Shown here in pieces: positions 33,927-47,141 of a DNA stretch of 64,000 nt. Location: NCBI GenBank assembly GCA_977018835.1, contig OZ361256.1, forward strand, positions 868,001 to 932,000, given 5' to 3'. The notes beneath the pieces were generated by a model, which was given only the letters and a program-made list of their open reading frames with translations, did not search any database and was not told where the DNA came from. Each line of letters begins with the position of its first letter. Positions within the stretch are counted from its first letter, which is position 1. The stretch is from Minutocellus sp. GHC0000111 (Eukaryota). A program made the position numbers and the translations under genes.

Positions 33927-34892
33927 CGTCCCATACGTAATGCAAACGGCGTCAGAGAATTCAATCTGAGCATGCGATTGGACGCGCTGAATCTTGCCAA
34001 AAAGAATGGCAGCGCACATACCAGCGTAGAGCAGACCAATAAAAGATTCCGTCGTACAAAGACCGTTGACAACCCAGCAATTCTCTTGTGGGCCGTGGTC
34101 GTTGCCCGTGGCCGTGTACAGCGCGCCGTAACCGACGGTAGTGAACTGGAACGAGAAAAAATAGAGGTTGAAGGGAGGTCGGTGGTGAGAGATAATATTC
34201 ATCCATATAACGCAACAACTTATCCAACAAAAATGATTATCCAACCAAAAACTTACCGTAGTCCAAGACAATCCGTAGGCATCGGCAAGGGTGGTATTGG
34301 GGTTGGTACCAAAGGGTTCTCCAGCGACGACGATGCATTCTGGATGTCTCTTGCCAGCAATCTCCAGGAAGCCACCGAATGCCAAGGTAAGGACCATGAA
34401 GATGACCAAAAATGTCAAGAAGACCATGAAGAAACCGGCCCGGAACGTCCAGTTGATGTACCGGCAAAAGTACGTGTTGGGCGTGTACACATTCTCGTCG
34501 ACGTTGGGTGCGAGGAAGCCAAACATTTGATCGGCACAGTTCTGGTGCTTCTTGATCGATTTGACCGTGAACTGCATCCGCTCGTCGAAGGAGTCATCGT
34601 CATCGAAGGACTCTTCGTCTTCGTCGACGGCACTTTCTGGACTGGCACCATTTTCGATGTTGTCGGAATTGTAGCTGTCTCGAAATCGATTGACGCTGGC
34701 CTGCTTTGTGTTGGTGGGAGTTACCGCCGTATTGGCGGCTCGTTCCGTGCGGTTTATGTCGTTATCCTGCGGGCCTGAACCATCGCCGTTGCTGTCTTTG
34801 GCCAAGATGCTGGCAGATAGGGCAGCAGGAACATTGTTTTGCACATTCCGACGACAGCGACGACGGGACAGCTGCCGTGGCAGCCGAGACAT
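33927..34892 (-). pseudogene. Inward-rectifier-type K+ channel gene, 3'-truncated by the transposon copy; intron 34146-34256; start uncertain
   Basis: M1 helix, then pore sequence AYGLSWTT|FTTVGYG, M2 ESFIGLLYAGMCAAILFGKI, then AQIEFSDAVCI. The cytoplasmic domain is replaced by antisense transposase sequence. Confidence 0.85.
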
Positions 34893-35847
34893 GAGATGCC
34901 ATGGCTACAAGTGATGCCGCCGTGACGGCAGCCCCGAGGACTGTTCGTGAGAATTTCATTGCTCGTTGGTTCTGTAATGCCACTCACTTGACTGGATCCT
35001 TCTCAGCCCTTGCTTACAACCTGTCAAGCCGTCTGTCTGTATCGAAAGCAAATAAATGAAATGTTTGTGCAGTAGTATTCGCAGCCAGACAATCAAGAGG
35101 AAAGCTGGCTTTGTGCTTAGTCTTCGTTGGCGTCGTTCAGTTAAGGTGACGATCTAAACCTTCAGATCTCAACCCAAGTCGATCTCTGTCTGACCAACGG
35201 ACCAAGTGAAAGTAAGGTTGCTGTGTGATGTGAGGCGATGTGCTGATACGCGCACCTTCTCTCCTTGCGATACAACCCACCTAGCTAGAGGGAGGAAACT
35301 TCGCCTGAATAATATCTGCACAGAGACTGCTACTACGAAGTAAGGGCCGTGCTGCGATATCATGCCGATTGGACAAGACGAAAAGGATTGCCCTGCAACT
35401 AAAGCTCATCTTTTGGACCGACGACAGTCGAATTTCACTTATGCTCATTTTCAAATATCTGCTTGGAATGATTCCGGGTGTCTTTCAGGTTATTGCACTA
35501 AATATTTGTATCGAACTCATTGTATGCATTTGCAGCATGATCATCTTGTAAAATTGATTGAGTATCAAAACTTTCTCCGGGTCTTTAACGGTTTTCTAAT
35601 TCCGGGTGTCTTTTCATCGAACGATCGCAGAGATCAAGGCCGACAGAGATCACGACGAGGATCAAGCAAGCTGAAATCAAGCACCTGCTGAAATACCATT
35701 GGCAAAATGACATGCGGTGATTACTACATGTATTGTCCCTATTAGATCCACCTTACTTGCTCGTCTATCTACTACTTTCTAGCTGACCATCGTCTTTCTC
35801 CTACCACTCCTACAATCAAGTTACGAGACAACATTCTAGGTAGCAGG

Positions 35848-38575
35848 CTATTCATTGCTCTCCCACCAGTTGAAGCCACCGGCACCTTGTGCGTCGCCCC
35901 CCGTTGGAGCGTTTCCATAATACGTTCGCGGATCCCAGCCGCCGCCCTGCTGCTGCTGCCCTTGGTACTGAGGATTGCGTCCATACCCTCCCTGTGGACC
36001 GCCGCCATATGGCTGTTGGGGATACTGATGCTGCTGCTGATGCCCATATGCAGGAGGGGGTGGCCGCTGCTGGTGATATCCTCCGTAATGACTTTGCTGC
36101 TGTTGGTGAGGATAGCCATAGGCTGGAGGAGGTGGGCCAGGGGGTGACTGATGCGGATGTTGTCCATACGCGCCATGAGGTCCAGAAGGGCCCAGAGGAG
36201 GAGGTGGACCCGGGGGAGGCGGCGGAAGCGGAAGATTTCCCGCTGCAGCTTGAGAACCCGGTAGAGACGGCGGTGGCGGCGGGGGAAGACCAGCCGGTAG
36301 GGAAGGCGGAGGACCCGCGGGCGGTGGCGGCAGTGGTAGGCTTGCACTGGCATTTTGAGGGGCGGGCGGTGCGATGGTCGGTGGTGGAGGCATTGAGGGT
36401 GGCTTGGGAGGCGAGCCAGAAGGCGCAGGTGGAAGAGCAACTCCATTGGTAGCGGCCGGAGCTGCCGGGGCTGCTACTTGATCACCTTCCTTCTTACTAG
36501 TATCGTCAGCAGCCACCGTAGAAGCAGCTCCGTCGGGAGCAGCACTGGGATCCACCGTCTTGACAGTCGCCGAGGAAATGATGGTGAGGAAGGATCCGCC
36601 ATCGGCAGAAGGCGCCGGCGGGGGAGCTGCAACAGCGGGGGCTTCCACGACCCTGCCCTCGATGGTACTGGAGATGGTGGTGACGGCCGAGCAGCTTCCA
36701 ACCGGCTGGCATACGGGCAATCCATCACCGGCACCGATGGAAGCCGCCGCTGGCTTGTCAGTTTTGGTACCATCGCCGCCGCCGGCCTTTTCTGTTTCGG
36801 CACGGGGCTTGCCATCCAACTCGGCCATAAAGTCCAGGTAGTCGGCATCGGCCTCCTCGGCGGCCTTGGCCCGTCCCTCGGCATCCTCCGCACCACCGGC
36901 ACCACCAGCACCATCGCCAAGGCCGTTGCCCGTCTGCTGCTGGTTCTGGACGCAATCCCGGGTGGGGTGGCTGGTATCCCCGCAGATGGCGCACTTGACC
37001 TGGACGGCCCCGCCCCTGCCCCCCATGGCCGCGCTGCTGAACCGCTGGGGACACTCGAAGGCCCGATGGCCCTTGTCGGCGCAGATGGGACAGTACTCCT
37101 CCTCCTTCAATGTGCCGTTCAGGAGGGCCAGCTCGCGCAATTGGGCCTGCTTGTGGACGTTTTTTCGTCGTCGATGACGACCAGCATGTCCTCGATGAGC
37201 TTGGCGGCCTCGTCGAGCTTGGCGGGGTCGTCCCCGGTAATCAGCACGTGCAAGGGATCGTCGCTCCCCTCCATCAACGCCGTGCCGCTCCGGCCCCCTC
37301 CTTGACGCTGCCCTTGCCGCGGATGGCAATCTTGCACCCCGTCCGGGCCTCCAGCTCCTTTTGGGTCTTGCCCCGGGGTCCGATGATGAGCCCGATGAAG
37401 TTGTAGTTGGGATGCTCCTCGATCGGGATGCGGATTTTTCGGGATCGCTGCCGCCGCTTCCATCCTGCCGGCCGCATGGTGGGGTTGAGGTCCATCATCT
37501 GTTCCAGAATGTCTTGGCGTTCGTTCGTGTAGCGTTCCCGCCACCGGACGGCGCGGGTGTTCTTGCGCTTGCCCATCGCATCATAAATGGGCGGCGGGGA
37601 CGGGCTGCGGTCGGGATGGCCGTGCGGCAGGTCGTCCACGCGCTTGGCTTCGAGTTCGAGGTTGGACAGCTTGGAGTTGATGGTGCGCTGGTGGGATTGC
37701 AGGCTGGTGAGCTGGGTCTGCTGTTCGGGCGTGAGTGCGGGGACGGCAGTTCCGCCGCCCATGCCCGGCAGGGCGGCCGACAATGCATCCGTGGTGGAGG
37801 TAGCTGCAGCTGCGGTGCCGGCACCCCCGATGCCCAGGGCGGCCGCGAACGCCGAGTCGGCCGACGGGGCACCACTGCCACCGTCAGTACCGGCAGCAGC
37901 AGCACCGCCATTGCTGGCAGCAGCATCGGGATTCCGGAGTCCCCCGTTCTCGGCCCCACCCTCCCGAGCCCAGCGGGACTTGCGCTTGGTCGGGGGCTGC
38001 CCATCGCCTGCCGCCGCGGACGCACCGGCACCGTCGGCCCCCGCAGCCGCCAGCTCGGCGTCGGTCGGAGCCTCGGCCGAGGCGGCCCATCGCGACCGCC
38101 TCTTGCGGGGCTTGACGCTCGCACTACTACCGGCGTCGTCCTTCTTCTCCTCGGCGGCGGCCGCCGAATCTCCGCCGCTCTCACCATCTCCAACTCCGGC
38201 AGCATCGCCAGTGCCACCGCCACTAATGGCCGCCAACACCGCCCTCTGCTCCTCCTCCAGCCGCCTCCGCTCCCCCTCCTCCTGCTCCACCCGTTTCTCC
38301 TTGGCCCGCCGCTCCTCCTCCTCCCTCCCGCCGCCCTCCGACCATTTCAAATACGCCCGTCGGGCATCCCTCCACCCCTGGCCGTCGTGGCCCCAGTTGA
38401 CCACGTCGCGCCAAAAGGTGGGATATTTGGGTCCGTGCAACGAGTGGAGGGCCAAGGCCGAGGGGGACGCCGACGCGTTGTACCACGCCTTCATTTCGAC
38501 GTGGGCCAAACGGATTTCCGTCAACGTTTCCTGCAGGACCTCGTCGTCGGTTTGCTGTTGGTGGGAGGAGGACAT
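35848..38575 (-). CDS. SF1: Splicing factor 1 / branchpoint-binding protein; two apparent frameshifts (~37295, ~37165)
   Basis: ULM motifs RKRRSRW and KRKSRW, RSPSPPPIYD, KH domain NFIGLIIGPRGKTQK, DDPLHVLI, QUA2 QLRELALLNGTL, two zinc knuckles and a Pro-rich tail. Confidence 0.92.
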
Positions 38576-38960
38576 GGTCGGAACTACGGGCAATTCTGCC
38601 GGTCGACGCTCTGCTTTGCTATGCTGCCTGCGGTATTTATTGGCGCGGCTCGGCCGGTGGGTGGGTGTGAGTACTGGTAACGAGGCGGTACCGGTGAGCT
38701 CAGTAGGCCAGGCCAGGCCAGGCAGGCACGAACGATGCCACGATGATACAATACTAGTACGAAACCGCCCTCGATCGGCCCGAAGAATGTCGGCCGTTCG
38801 CTGCCTGAATGAACGAAGGACAGACCTCAAGTTTTCAAGTCAGCAGCAGAAACTGGGTTTCCTGTGCTTTTAGCATTTCCTGGACTGCTCCAACGACACA
38901 ATTAATTTGCACATCTATCTTCCCATGCCCTAAGCAAGCTCGACCGACCGACCAAGCAAG

Positions 38961-41900
38961 ATGGGGCTGCTCAGCGATGCCACCACCGAATCCGATTCCG
39001 ATTCCGACAGCAGCAGTGACGACTCCGACGATTCGGTGCTGTTCCGCCCGGCCTTCTCCCGGCGCGCAGTCTCGCCGGGACTGCCGCCGTCGGCATCGGC
39101 ATCTGCATCGCAATCGGCAACGGCGGCGGAAAGTGCCAATGGCGCCGGAGGTCGGCAACAGCAGCATGGCGGTGCATGTGCGAGTGCCGGCAGTGATGGA
39201 GATGGCGAAGATGGCAGCGATGATGAACCCAAGGGAGTTTTGGCCGGCACTGCATGCAGCGGCGGCAAGACGAGCAAGAGCAAGCTCGAAAGGAAAGCGA
39301 TGGCGATGCGTCGACGTCGTCTGGTCATTGACGACGACGACGATACCAGCAGTAGCGAAGAAGAAGATGATGACGATGACGTTGAAGATGACAGCAATGC
39401 CTAATCCGACGGGAATGCGCATTCCCAAACTGATGACACACGCCCCATGGCCAGCAGCAGCACTGCATGTATCAGTACCACGTTGAACCTCACCCTCGGG
39501 ACGCCCAGCATTCTCCACCATCATCGTCATCAACACATTGGCACATGTAGCGCGGTCGCTCCTGCTTCGACCGGGGCGGCAGCATCGTCATCCGGGGCAA
39601 CCTCAATGTCTGCACGGCAGATCGATGCTAGTAGGGGCAGCAGTGCTAGTAGTGCTGTCTATACAAATGGTGCCAAAGGTGGCGGTGACGACGACAATCT
39701 GGGCCTTATCGCGGCGTTGGATGGGCTGGCACTATCGCCCGTGGGGGTCGTAGGCACTCCCATCGGGACGGCGATTGGCACTCCTGCTGATACTGGCACA
39801 ACTCCTGCTACTTATACTCCTGCTCCAGTCGCAGCCACTCCTCCTTGTGGTGTGCCGTTGGATGCTAGTGCCAGTGCCAACGCAGATTCAGATCAGAATG
39901 GTAACAGTGATGGTTGTGGGGATAATTTGGAAGATACCGATGATATTATTGGAAAGGAGGAAAGTACTAGCAAAATGACCTCGCCGGCACCGGCACAAAC
40001 GCCGGACACCGGACTCGACGATACCGCCAACACCAATGGCATTGTCCAGACGCCCGCCCAGCGACGGTGGGACAACATGCGCAAAAGATTCGGTGGGGGC
40101 ACTGAAAGGACGCCGCTGAGGTTGGAGGATTTGAATTACGAAAGTGGTGATGATGACAGTGACGTCGGGGAGGAGGAGGAGGAGGAAACCGAATCCGAGG
40201 CCGATGATGATGACGACATCTTCCAGACGTCGTACTACGTGCCCTCTGGTAGAAAGCAAAAGAAGGCAGCAAGTACCGGTGGTACCAATCGCAATGGACG
40301 TAACGATGATGCCATGACGAAGCCCAGGGAGCCGGTACAGCTGTTGGTGGATACCGATGACGAGGAGGGCGACGATGAAGATGTCAAGAGCGAGGCAAAT
40401 GACGACGATGCTTCCTACTCCACAAGTTCATCTTCGTCGTCTGGCATCACCATATCGGACGATGAGGGAAAGATTGGCAATGCTGGTACCAATGAGATTG
40501 ACAACCTCTTTCGTGACGGGCTCAAGATATCTTCACCGACCACGCCGGACGACAATGACGACGACAGCAAGTCGGCGTCATCGGAGGAAGTACCGGCCCT
40601 CGTCCTGTCTCCATTGGAACCATCTCCCGATCGGGTCGACATGACTTCCATAGATGACGAAGATAGCAAACCGTCCTCGGAGCCAGCCGATAGCGCATGG
40701 ACCCACGATGCCGAGGCCGATGAGTTTTACTTGTCTGGAAGTGGTAGTGGAGCTGGTGGGTCTGATATGTGGCCGAATCTGCGCCTTCCTGCCGAGTTAT
40801 ACCAACGCTTGTATCCGCACCAAAAAATAGGAGTGCAGTGGATGGCCAGCATGCATCGAGGGGGCGTCGGCGGCATCCTCGGAGATGACATGGGCCTTGG
40901 CAAGGTAAGTGTACACGTGCATCTCTATGAAGTTTCACAGCCCACCCTGATTTCTAATCTCGTAGCATATTCTAACCAAACATATGTGCCAACTCTAACA
41001 ACCCTTTTTTTTCATCAGACCTTCCAAACCCTCACCTACCTCGGTGGGCTTATGCGAGCCAGAACCATTCGGAATGCTCTCATCATATGCCCTGTATCCG
41101 TCATCCGAACCTGGGAGCGGGAGGGTGAAACCATCCTCCGTCAGAGTTGCGTGCCCAAGATCAACATTTGTGTTGTATCGTCCGATGTGAAGAAGCATCG
41201 TCGCGCGCATATCCTTCAGGATGCCCTCCATTGCTCCAAGAAGCGCCCTCATCTCGTCATTACCTCGTATGGCTTGGTATCCAACAGCCCCCTAGACTTT
41301 GTCTCGCAGGAACGAGGCGTGGATGTAGGAGGAGCCTGGGACTACGTCGTCGTTGATGAAGGTCATAAGATGAAGAATCCAAATACTCAAGTCAGCAAGG
41401 CTTGCAGAAGGATATGCAAGGGACGGTCCGGCGATGACTTTAAAACCAGAAGACTCTTGCTTACAGGAACGCCCATCCAAAACAACCTCAAAGAGCTGTG
41501 GGCACTCTTTGACTTTGCCACATCTGGTCGTCTTCTGGGCCCTCTCCGTCGGTTTCAGAACAGCTACGGGGATCCTATTGAAGCAGGTCGGATGAAGAAT
41601 GCAACCGAATGGACTATCCGAACAGCGGAAAAGGCCAATAAGGAACTCCAAGCCAAGCTCCGTCCACATTTCCTTCAGCGTCTCAAGAGTTCGGAATTCA
41701 AGGAGATGCTCCCCACCAAACGTGAGCTAGTTGTCTTCACGCATCTTTCGGAGAAGCAGAGGACAAAATATGATCAATTTCTTGCCGGCGGAATGGTGGC
41801 GTCAATTCTAACCGGCGAGACGGCCTCTCCATTGGAAGCCATTACCTGGCTCAAGAAGTTGTGCGGTCATCCCTATCTCGTTGATAAGACTGGGCACTCG

Positions 41901-43064
41901 AGTATGTGCGAGTTGGGACGAAGACGTTTGGTGGAGGACAGCGCCAAGCTGCACGTACTACACGATCTTCTCCTGCGTCTCAACCAATCGGGCCATCGAA
42001 CCCTGGTTTTCAGCCAGTCCACCAAAATGCTGGATATTATTCAACGGGTGATGAGTCAAAAGCTTACCCTCTCTCGTATTGATGGCCAAACGAAGGAAAA
42101 GGATCGTCAGCGTTCTGTTGATGCGTTCAATACTGACGGATCAAACATCGATTGCATGCTTCTATCTACAAAGGCCGCTGGCATCGGCCTTACCCTTACT
42201 GGTGCTGACCGAGCTGTCATCTTCTGTCCGAGCTGGAACCCTGCAGAGGACTCACAAGCCGTTGATCGATGTTTTCGTATCGGCCAGACCAAGAATGTAA
42301 CAGTATATCGATTTATCACTGCCGAGTCAGTGGAAGAGGCGATGTACCGAAAGGTAGTTCACAAGGATGGCATCCGACAAACCGTCATAGGTGCAGGGGG
42401 AAGTGCTACTGAGCGGCATTTCGACAAGGACGATCTCCGCAAGATCTTTACCCTTGGTCCTCCAGGCGAATGTGAAATGCTCTCCATGATCACAAGAAAG
42501 GCTGGCGGCGCAAGAAATGCCGTCGGAGCTTCTGGAAAGCCTTCCTTTTTCGAGAGTCATCGAGGCGTCGTTGGCTTGTCGTCCCACGATAAGCTCTATA
42601 CAAACTCTGTCATCGAGATAGACAACGAGCCCGAGACACCGTTTGCTGGTACTCCGCTCCGGAAGCAGAGCAAGGCTGTGGGCCGCGCCCAGCGTGCTCT
42701 CGCGGAAAATAGCAATACAAGAACCAAGCTAGATTTCGGCAGCATAATCGACGAGGACAGCCCTGCTCCAAACAAGCCAATCGATCTCTCAAGTGAACGG
42801 AAGCCTCTTGCTCGGATATCCAACAAGGACAAGGAGGGAAAGAAGAGCAGTGCCTCCACTTCCAAGAAGAAATCGTCGAGCGAAGCTCTCGACATTACTA
42901 CTGCATTGCGCGACGTCGACACCTTACTTGATTCTGGCCGTAACGACGAGGACGCCATGTCCAAGCTACTCGATCTTCTCGAATCTAGCACAGTTAACGG
43001 CCCAGAGAAGCTTAGCTTGCATAAGAAGATTGCTACCACCGCTACCAAGCTTGGTTGGCTGTAA
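38961..43064 (+). CDS. SNF2-family DNA translocase, ERCC6L/PICH-like; in-frame TAA at 39402-39404; intron 40905-41018
   Basis: GGILGDDMGLGK|T, DEGH, LTGTPIQNNL, LVFSQS, SWNPAEDSQAVDRCFRIGQ. The upstream acidic ORF 38961-39404 is in the same frame as the main ORF. Confidence 0.88.
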
Positions 43065-43315
43065 AACCACCCACGCAAAACAATTTGGTATTGCAAGCTA
43101 AGGGAAAAAAATATTTAATTTCACAAATTCATCTCGTGGTAAGGTTTGCGGGGCCTCGCGATATCCAAGAGCCATGGTCGCTACCCAATCTATCCATCCA
43201 TTACCCGTCTTTTCGTCATTCCACGACTTTATTCCGGCCCGAACGTTCGGCAAAATCCTAAAGCAGCCATCTACCCACCACTCCATCTATTTGTCCACCC
43301 AATTTTGAATTGACC

Positions 43316-44439
43316 TTACTCGGACCCAAAGTGTCCACCCCGACCGAGGGCAAAGTCGGACAAAATCTTGATGGTTTCCTCCTGATGCTGAACGACCGCC
43401 TTGACCAAATCCTTGGTGGAAAGGATGCCAACGACCTTGCCATCATCGTCCAGCAGGGGCAGATGGCGGATATCCTTGGACAGCATCTTTTGCATACATT
43501 CGTCGACGGAATCGTGCGGGGTGGCCGTGATGAGGTTGGCGCTTTTGGTGGAAATTTCCTTGACGAGCGTTTCCTTGGACTCCCGACCGAGGAGGGCCAT
43601 CTTGTTGACGTAATCGCGCTCCGAGATTACACCCGAGATGTGACCTAAGGGATCGGGGGAAACGATGATAAAAACATACGTCAGTGTTTTATTTGTCAGC
43701 ACAAGAAACAGTTCCTTCAACGCAGCAGATCGGCTTCAAAATGAAATGATCCCGGCGCCTGCTCATCAGCGGCCGTATGCAATGGTATGCTGAATGGATG
43801 CCCAAGCAAATGTACTATCCGGCCTGGTTTATCGCTTCGGCACGGCGCATGTGACGGACACGGATTGGAGGGTTCCGATTCCAGATGGAAGGGCTTTTGC
43901 TCCGCTCGTGAAAATTTGAAGGCACTTCATACCATTTCCCTCCAGAGCACCAGATACTAGTATAATCCCAGTTTCTTTGCATGCCGTGCCGAGATGAGCC
44001 CGGATATCTTGCTTGAAACTGGATAATTGATTCCGCACAGAGAAAAACACATCAAGGAACAATGGAATCTTCTTCCGGCCTCAAAAATAATCATAATATC
44101 CGCACACTGCAAAACAAACTACGCACCCTCGACGTCGACCGTGACCAGGCAGCCGATATCGTACGCGGCAAAGCGCTGGATGGCATCGTACACGGTGGCC
44201 TCCTCGCTGATGGTGTAATCGATCTGCACGTAGCACGACTTTTGCCACGCATCCTTGGCCGACAGGTTCTCCTCGATGGCGGAAGAGAAGGTTCGGGTGC
44301 TGGGCAGAGCAGGAGTGGTGATGGCTGTGGTGGCTGCCGGGGCAAAGGCGGTAGATCGAGCTGCCACCGACGAGGTGGTGGCGGCGGCCGATCGGGCCAG
44401 GGAGCGGCGGAGGACGGTGGTGGTGGCGCGGCCGAGCAT
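43316..44439 (-). CDS. Mitochondrial CBS-domain protein (CBSX3-like); 482-nt intron 43645-44126
   Basis: Arg/Thr/Ala-rich presequence, TVYDAIQRF..IGCLVTV, GVISERDY, IRHLPL..VVGILSTKDLV. The GTGCGT...TTAG intron restores the frame. Confidence 0.9.
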
Positions 44440-44845
44440 GATTGCTTGCTTCTTATTATCTTCTTGAACATTTTATGTTATGACGACGAAATCCTGCAAG
44501 CAATCGCACCGGTTTCTTTCCAAGTCAAGATGACGTAATTAAATTTACGATGCGCATGCGATTTTGTCATTTTGTCCCAATGGCCATTTATTTGCCATTG
44601 GCCGGGGGAGCGAGGCCGGGTTAACGGTTGCTGCTTTGTTGCTGTGCAGCCACGATTCTTTGCAAATTAGGCCACAGCAGTAATTCGTAATATTCTTCTT
44701 TATTTGTTGGGCCGGGGCGCCGGGCAGAAGCAACGCCTACCACAAAACTAACAGGCCAGAGGAATTCGAATTATCACTTTGTGCAAGCAGCGAAGGCCGT
44801 CATCAGCAAACAGCAAACTCGTCTCGACGACTCATTCCATCCAAG

Positions 44846-45703
44846 ATGCTGAAGAGGTTGTCGTCCATTGCGAAGAAAAGTCCAAAATCGGGCGACCACA
44901 ACCATCGCGGAAGTTTCGCCGACGGGGTCGGGACTGTTTCCAGCAGTAGCGGGCAGCAGTCTGCCCCCCCGGCTGGTCGAGGTGGCGGGAATATGTTGTT
45001 CAATGCACCACGCAGACCAAGTCGGAGGAGGAGAACTGATGATAATGCACCGCCGGAGGAGGAGAAATTGGAAGACCAAGAGCAAGCAGAGGATTTCCAT
45101 GGCTCTGGTGGTGCTGACGGTGCAGATGAGCGACCAATGTCACCACCTACCTATGAGGAGGCCTTTGGCAATCCCATTGCTACAAGTAGTGGTGACAACG
45201 TTGGCCTTGCTGGCCAAAGCAAAGACAAAAGTATTCACTCATCTTCATCATCATCTTCCCTGCTGCACCAGTCATCATCGTTGTTCAAGAGAAATAATTC
45301 CTTCTTGCAGAGCGGGGAAGCGAGCAACAAAACCAATCGCGGCATAGAACACGTCGCCATCGTTAGGGTACGGTCCGACGCCACTCCGGACCAGATCGAA
45401 GCGTTTTTGGATGCTGCCAAATCCCTTGCTCATTTGGTCGACGGGGTGCTTTCCCTCAGCGTCGGAAAGATATTTGTCGATAATACCTTCATGGTGGACA
45501 ATTCTCACGGCATAGCGAGCCAAGGAGGATATGCCATGCGAGTACTTTTACGGGACATGGACGCCTATAAGGGTTGGGTGGAAAATAAGGCGCGAAAGGC
45601 GTTTGTAATCGAATTTGCGGTGCCCCTCATGCCGCAAGGTACCGTCCCAATGGTTGTGGCCTTTGAAAGCGAGGAAGCTTTGGTGGTGGAGAACAGCAGT
45701 TGA
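44846..45703 (+). CDS. Stress-responsive A/B barrel (Dabb) domain protein with disordered N-terminus
   Basis: IEHVAIVRVRSDATPDQIEAFLDAAKSL..VDGVLSLSVG fits the Dabb pattern. Confidence 0.7.
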   Translation: MLKRLSSIAKKSPKSGDHNHRGSFADGVGTVSSSSGQQSAPPAGRGGGNMLFNAPRRPSRRRRTDDNAPPEEEKLEDQEQAEDFHGSGGADGADERPMSPPTYEEAFGNPIATSSGDNVGLAGQSKDKSIHSSSSSSSLLHQSSSLFKRNNSFLQSGEASNKTNRGIEHVAIVRVRSDATPDQIEAFLDAAKSLAHLVDGVLSLSVGKIFVDNTFMVDNSHGIASQGGYAMRVLLRDMDAYKGWVENKARKAFVIEFAVPLMPQGTVPMVVAFESEEALVVENSS

Positions 45704-45794
45704 ACTTATGGAGAGATTTTTTGTACATGCAATATGCATTTTAGTAGATACCGACCACTTTTGTATCTATCCACAGCTTCAATAGTTTGCTTGT

Positions 45795-46283
45795 TCACAT
45801 GGCATCAATCATAAACTGAAAGTCACCACCAAGCACGCGCGATGTACACTCCTTAGCATCGCCAGCTCCAGCCTTTTTCCGGATGGCATCGTTGCGACAT
45901 CCTGCCAGTGCCCTCCTCTTTTTGGAGGCATCGCTCTCTTCACCCTCCATCAAATTGCGATTTCCTGCCCCCTGCGCCGCCATAAATACTTCGTCGCTTG
46001 ACATGGACTTGGCTTTGTCGAGTCGCTTGCCCCATGCCGTCTGCCAGTCATCATCTTCCACTTCGTCGTAATCCCCTGTTTCTTCATTCAGCACATATCG
46101 CGCATTGGCAGGGGCAATGGGCAGGCCGAATACGAATCCACCCGCTACTGTGGCCGCCGATGTGCAACGCTTCAAGAACGACCGTCTTTGCTCGACGGAC
46201 GATGGTGCCGACAGTCCTTCTACGGATCCCAGGAGCAAAGCGAAGGCTACGATTTGCATCACGTTTATTGTTGAGTGCATCAT
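45795..46283 (-). CDS. Small probable thylakoid-lumen protein (tripartite leader); start uncertain
   Basis: Signal peptide ending VEG-L, twin-arginine RRSFLK, hydrophobic stretch and A-N-A cleavage site. Mature part has two Cys. Confidence 0.7.
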   Translation of the reverse strand: MMHSTINVMQIVAFALLLGSVEGLSAPSSVEQRRSFLKRCTSAATVAGGFVFGLPIAPANARYVLNEETGDYDEVEDDDWQTAWGKRLDKAKSMSSDEVFMAAQGAGNRNLMEGEESDASKKRRALAGCRNDAIRKKAGAGDAKECTSRVLGGDFQFMIDAM

Positions 46284-47141
46284 CGATTTGCGTCTGTGCA
46301 ATGAAACATATGATTATGAGGCTGTACCACTGACGTACTCCTCGCTCTGCCGCGTGCCCACAGCCCCATCTCGTCTTGTTTCGCCGGTCGGATGAAGCGT
46401 TTTTCGGCAGAAGACGAACACGTCACGAAGAAACCCACCAAAACCCAATCTCGTTCGTCACCCATTCTTTGACCGTCCAACACCATGGTGGTCCGTCGGC
46501 GTTGCGCCGGCGTATAACTATATTTTCGTACCAAATACGCATTCATTATCATGTTTGGATATAGTTGAAGCTTACTGTATCCTCAGATTGGCCTCCGCTG
46601 CGTATCAACGCCACGAACCATCGGCCTGCTTTTCCTCCATCTGTCGGCCGTTCGTTTCTCTGGGGGGTGGTGCCATTGCTCCGTCTTTGTGCTCGTCGTG
46701 CTCCCGTTGTGATGCCCCAGACCCTCTGGTACTTTCACACGTTGTTGTTGATGATAAACTGCCGGGATTGCGCCGCACCCCCCGTATGACCGACTCTCGC
46801 TGATCCCGACCGATCGCATCCCCACTCGACCTCCCGGAATTCCGACAACAACAGTTTTGCGCCCGAGGAGAGACAGATAGCATTGGGATAAGTTTATGCA
46901 ACAATCAACCCGACAAAGGGACTTTTTGGTCTGGAAGATAAATGGGTGAGTTAAGAAGGACGTGATGTGTTTGTTTGGGTGTACTATTTACATTTTTGCT
47001 CAATCGCGACACTGTTTGTAAAAGTTGGATGACCATGCAATTCATTTGTTGTTGTGCAGCAGCAGTGTAATTTCATTTTCTAATTTTATACATGCCCTGC
47101 TCCCATCTCTACATCCTCATCTCCATCGGTGGCCATCATGA

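Noticed and set aside
39402..39404. In-frame TAA (with the TAG at 58173) as evidence of a variant genetic code
   Set aside because: TAA and TAG terminate many clear genes in this window, so isolated substitutions or base-call errors are more likely.
43695..43770. Possible intronic C/D snoRNA (TGATGA...CTGA on the minus strand)
   Set aside because: The C box is non-canonical, there is no terminal stem, and I recognise no rRNA-complementary guide.
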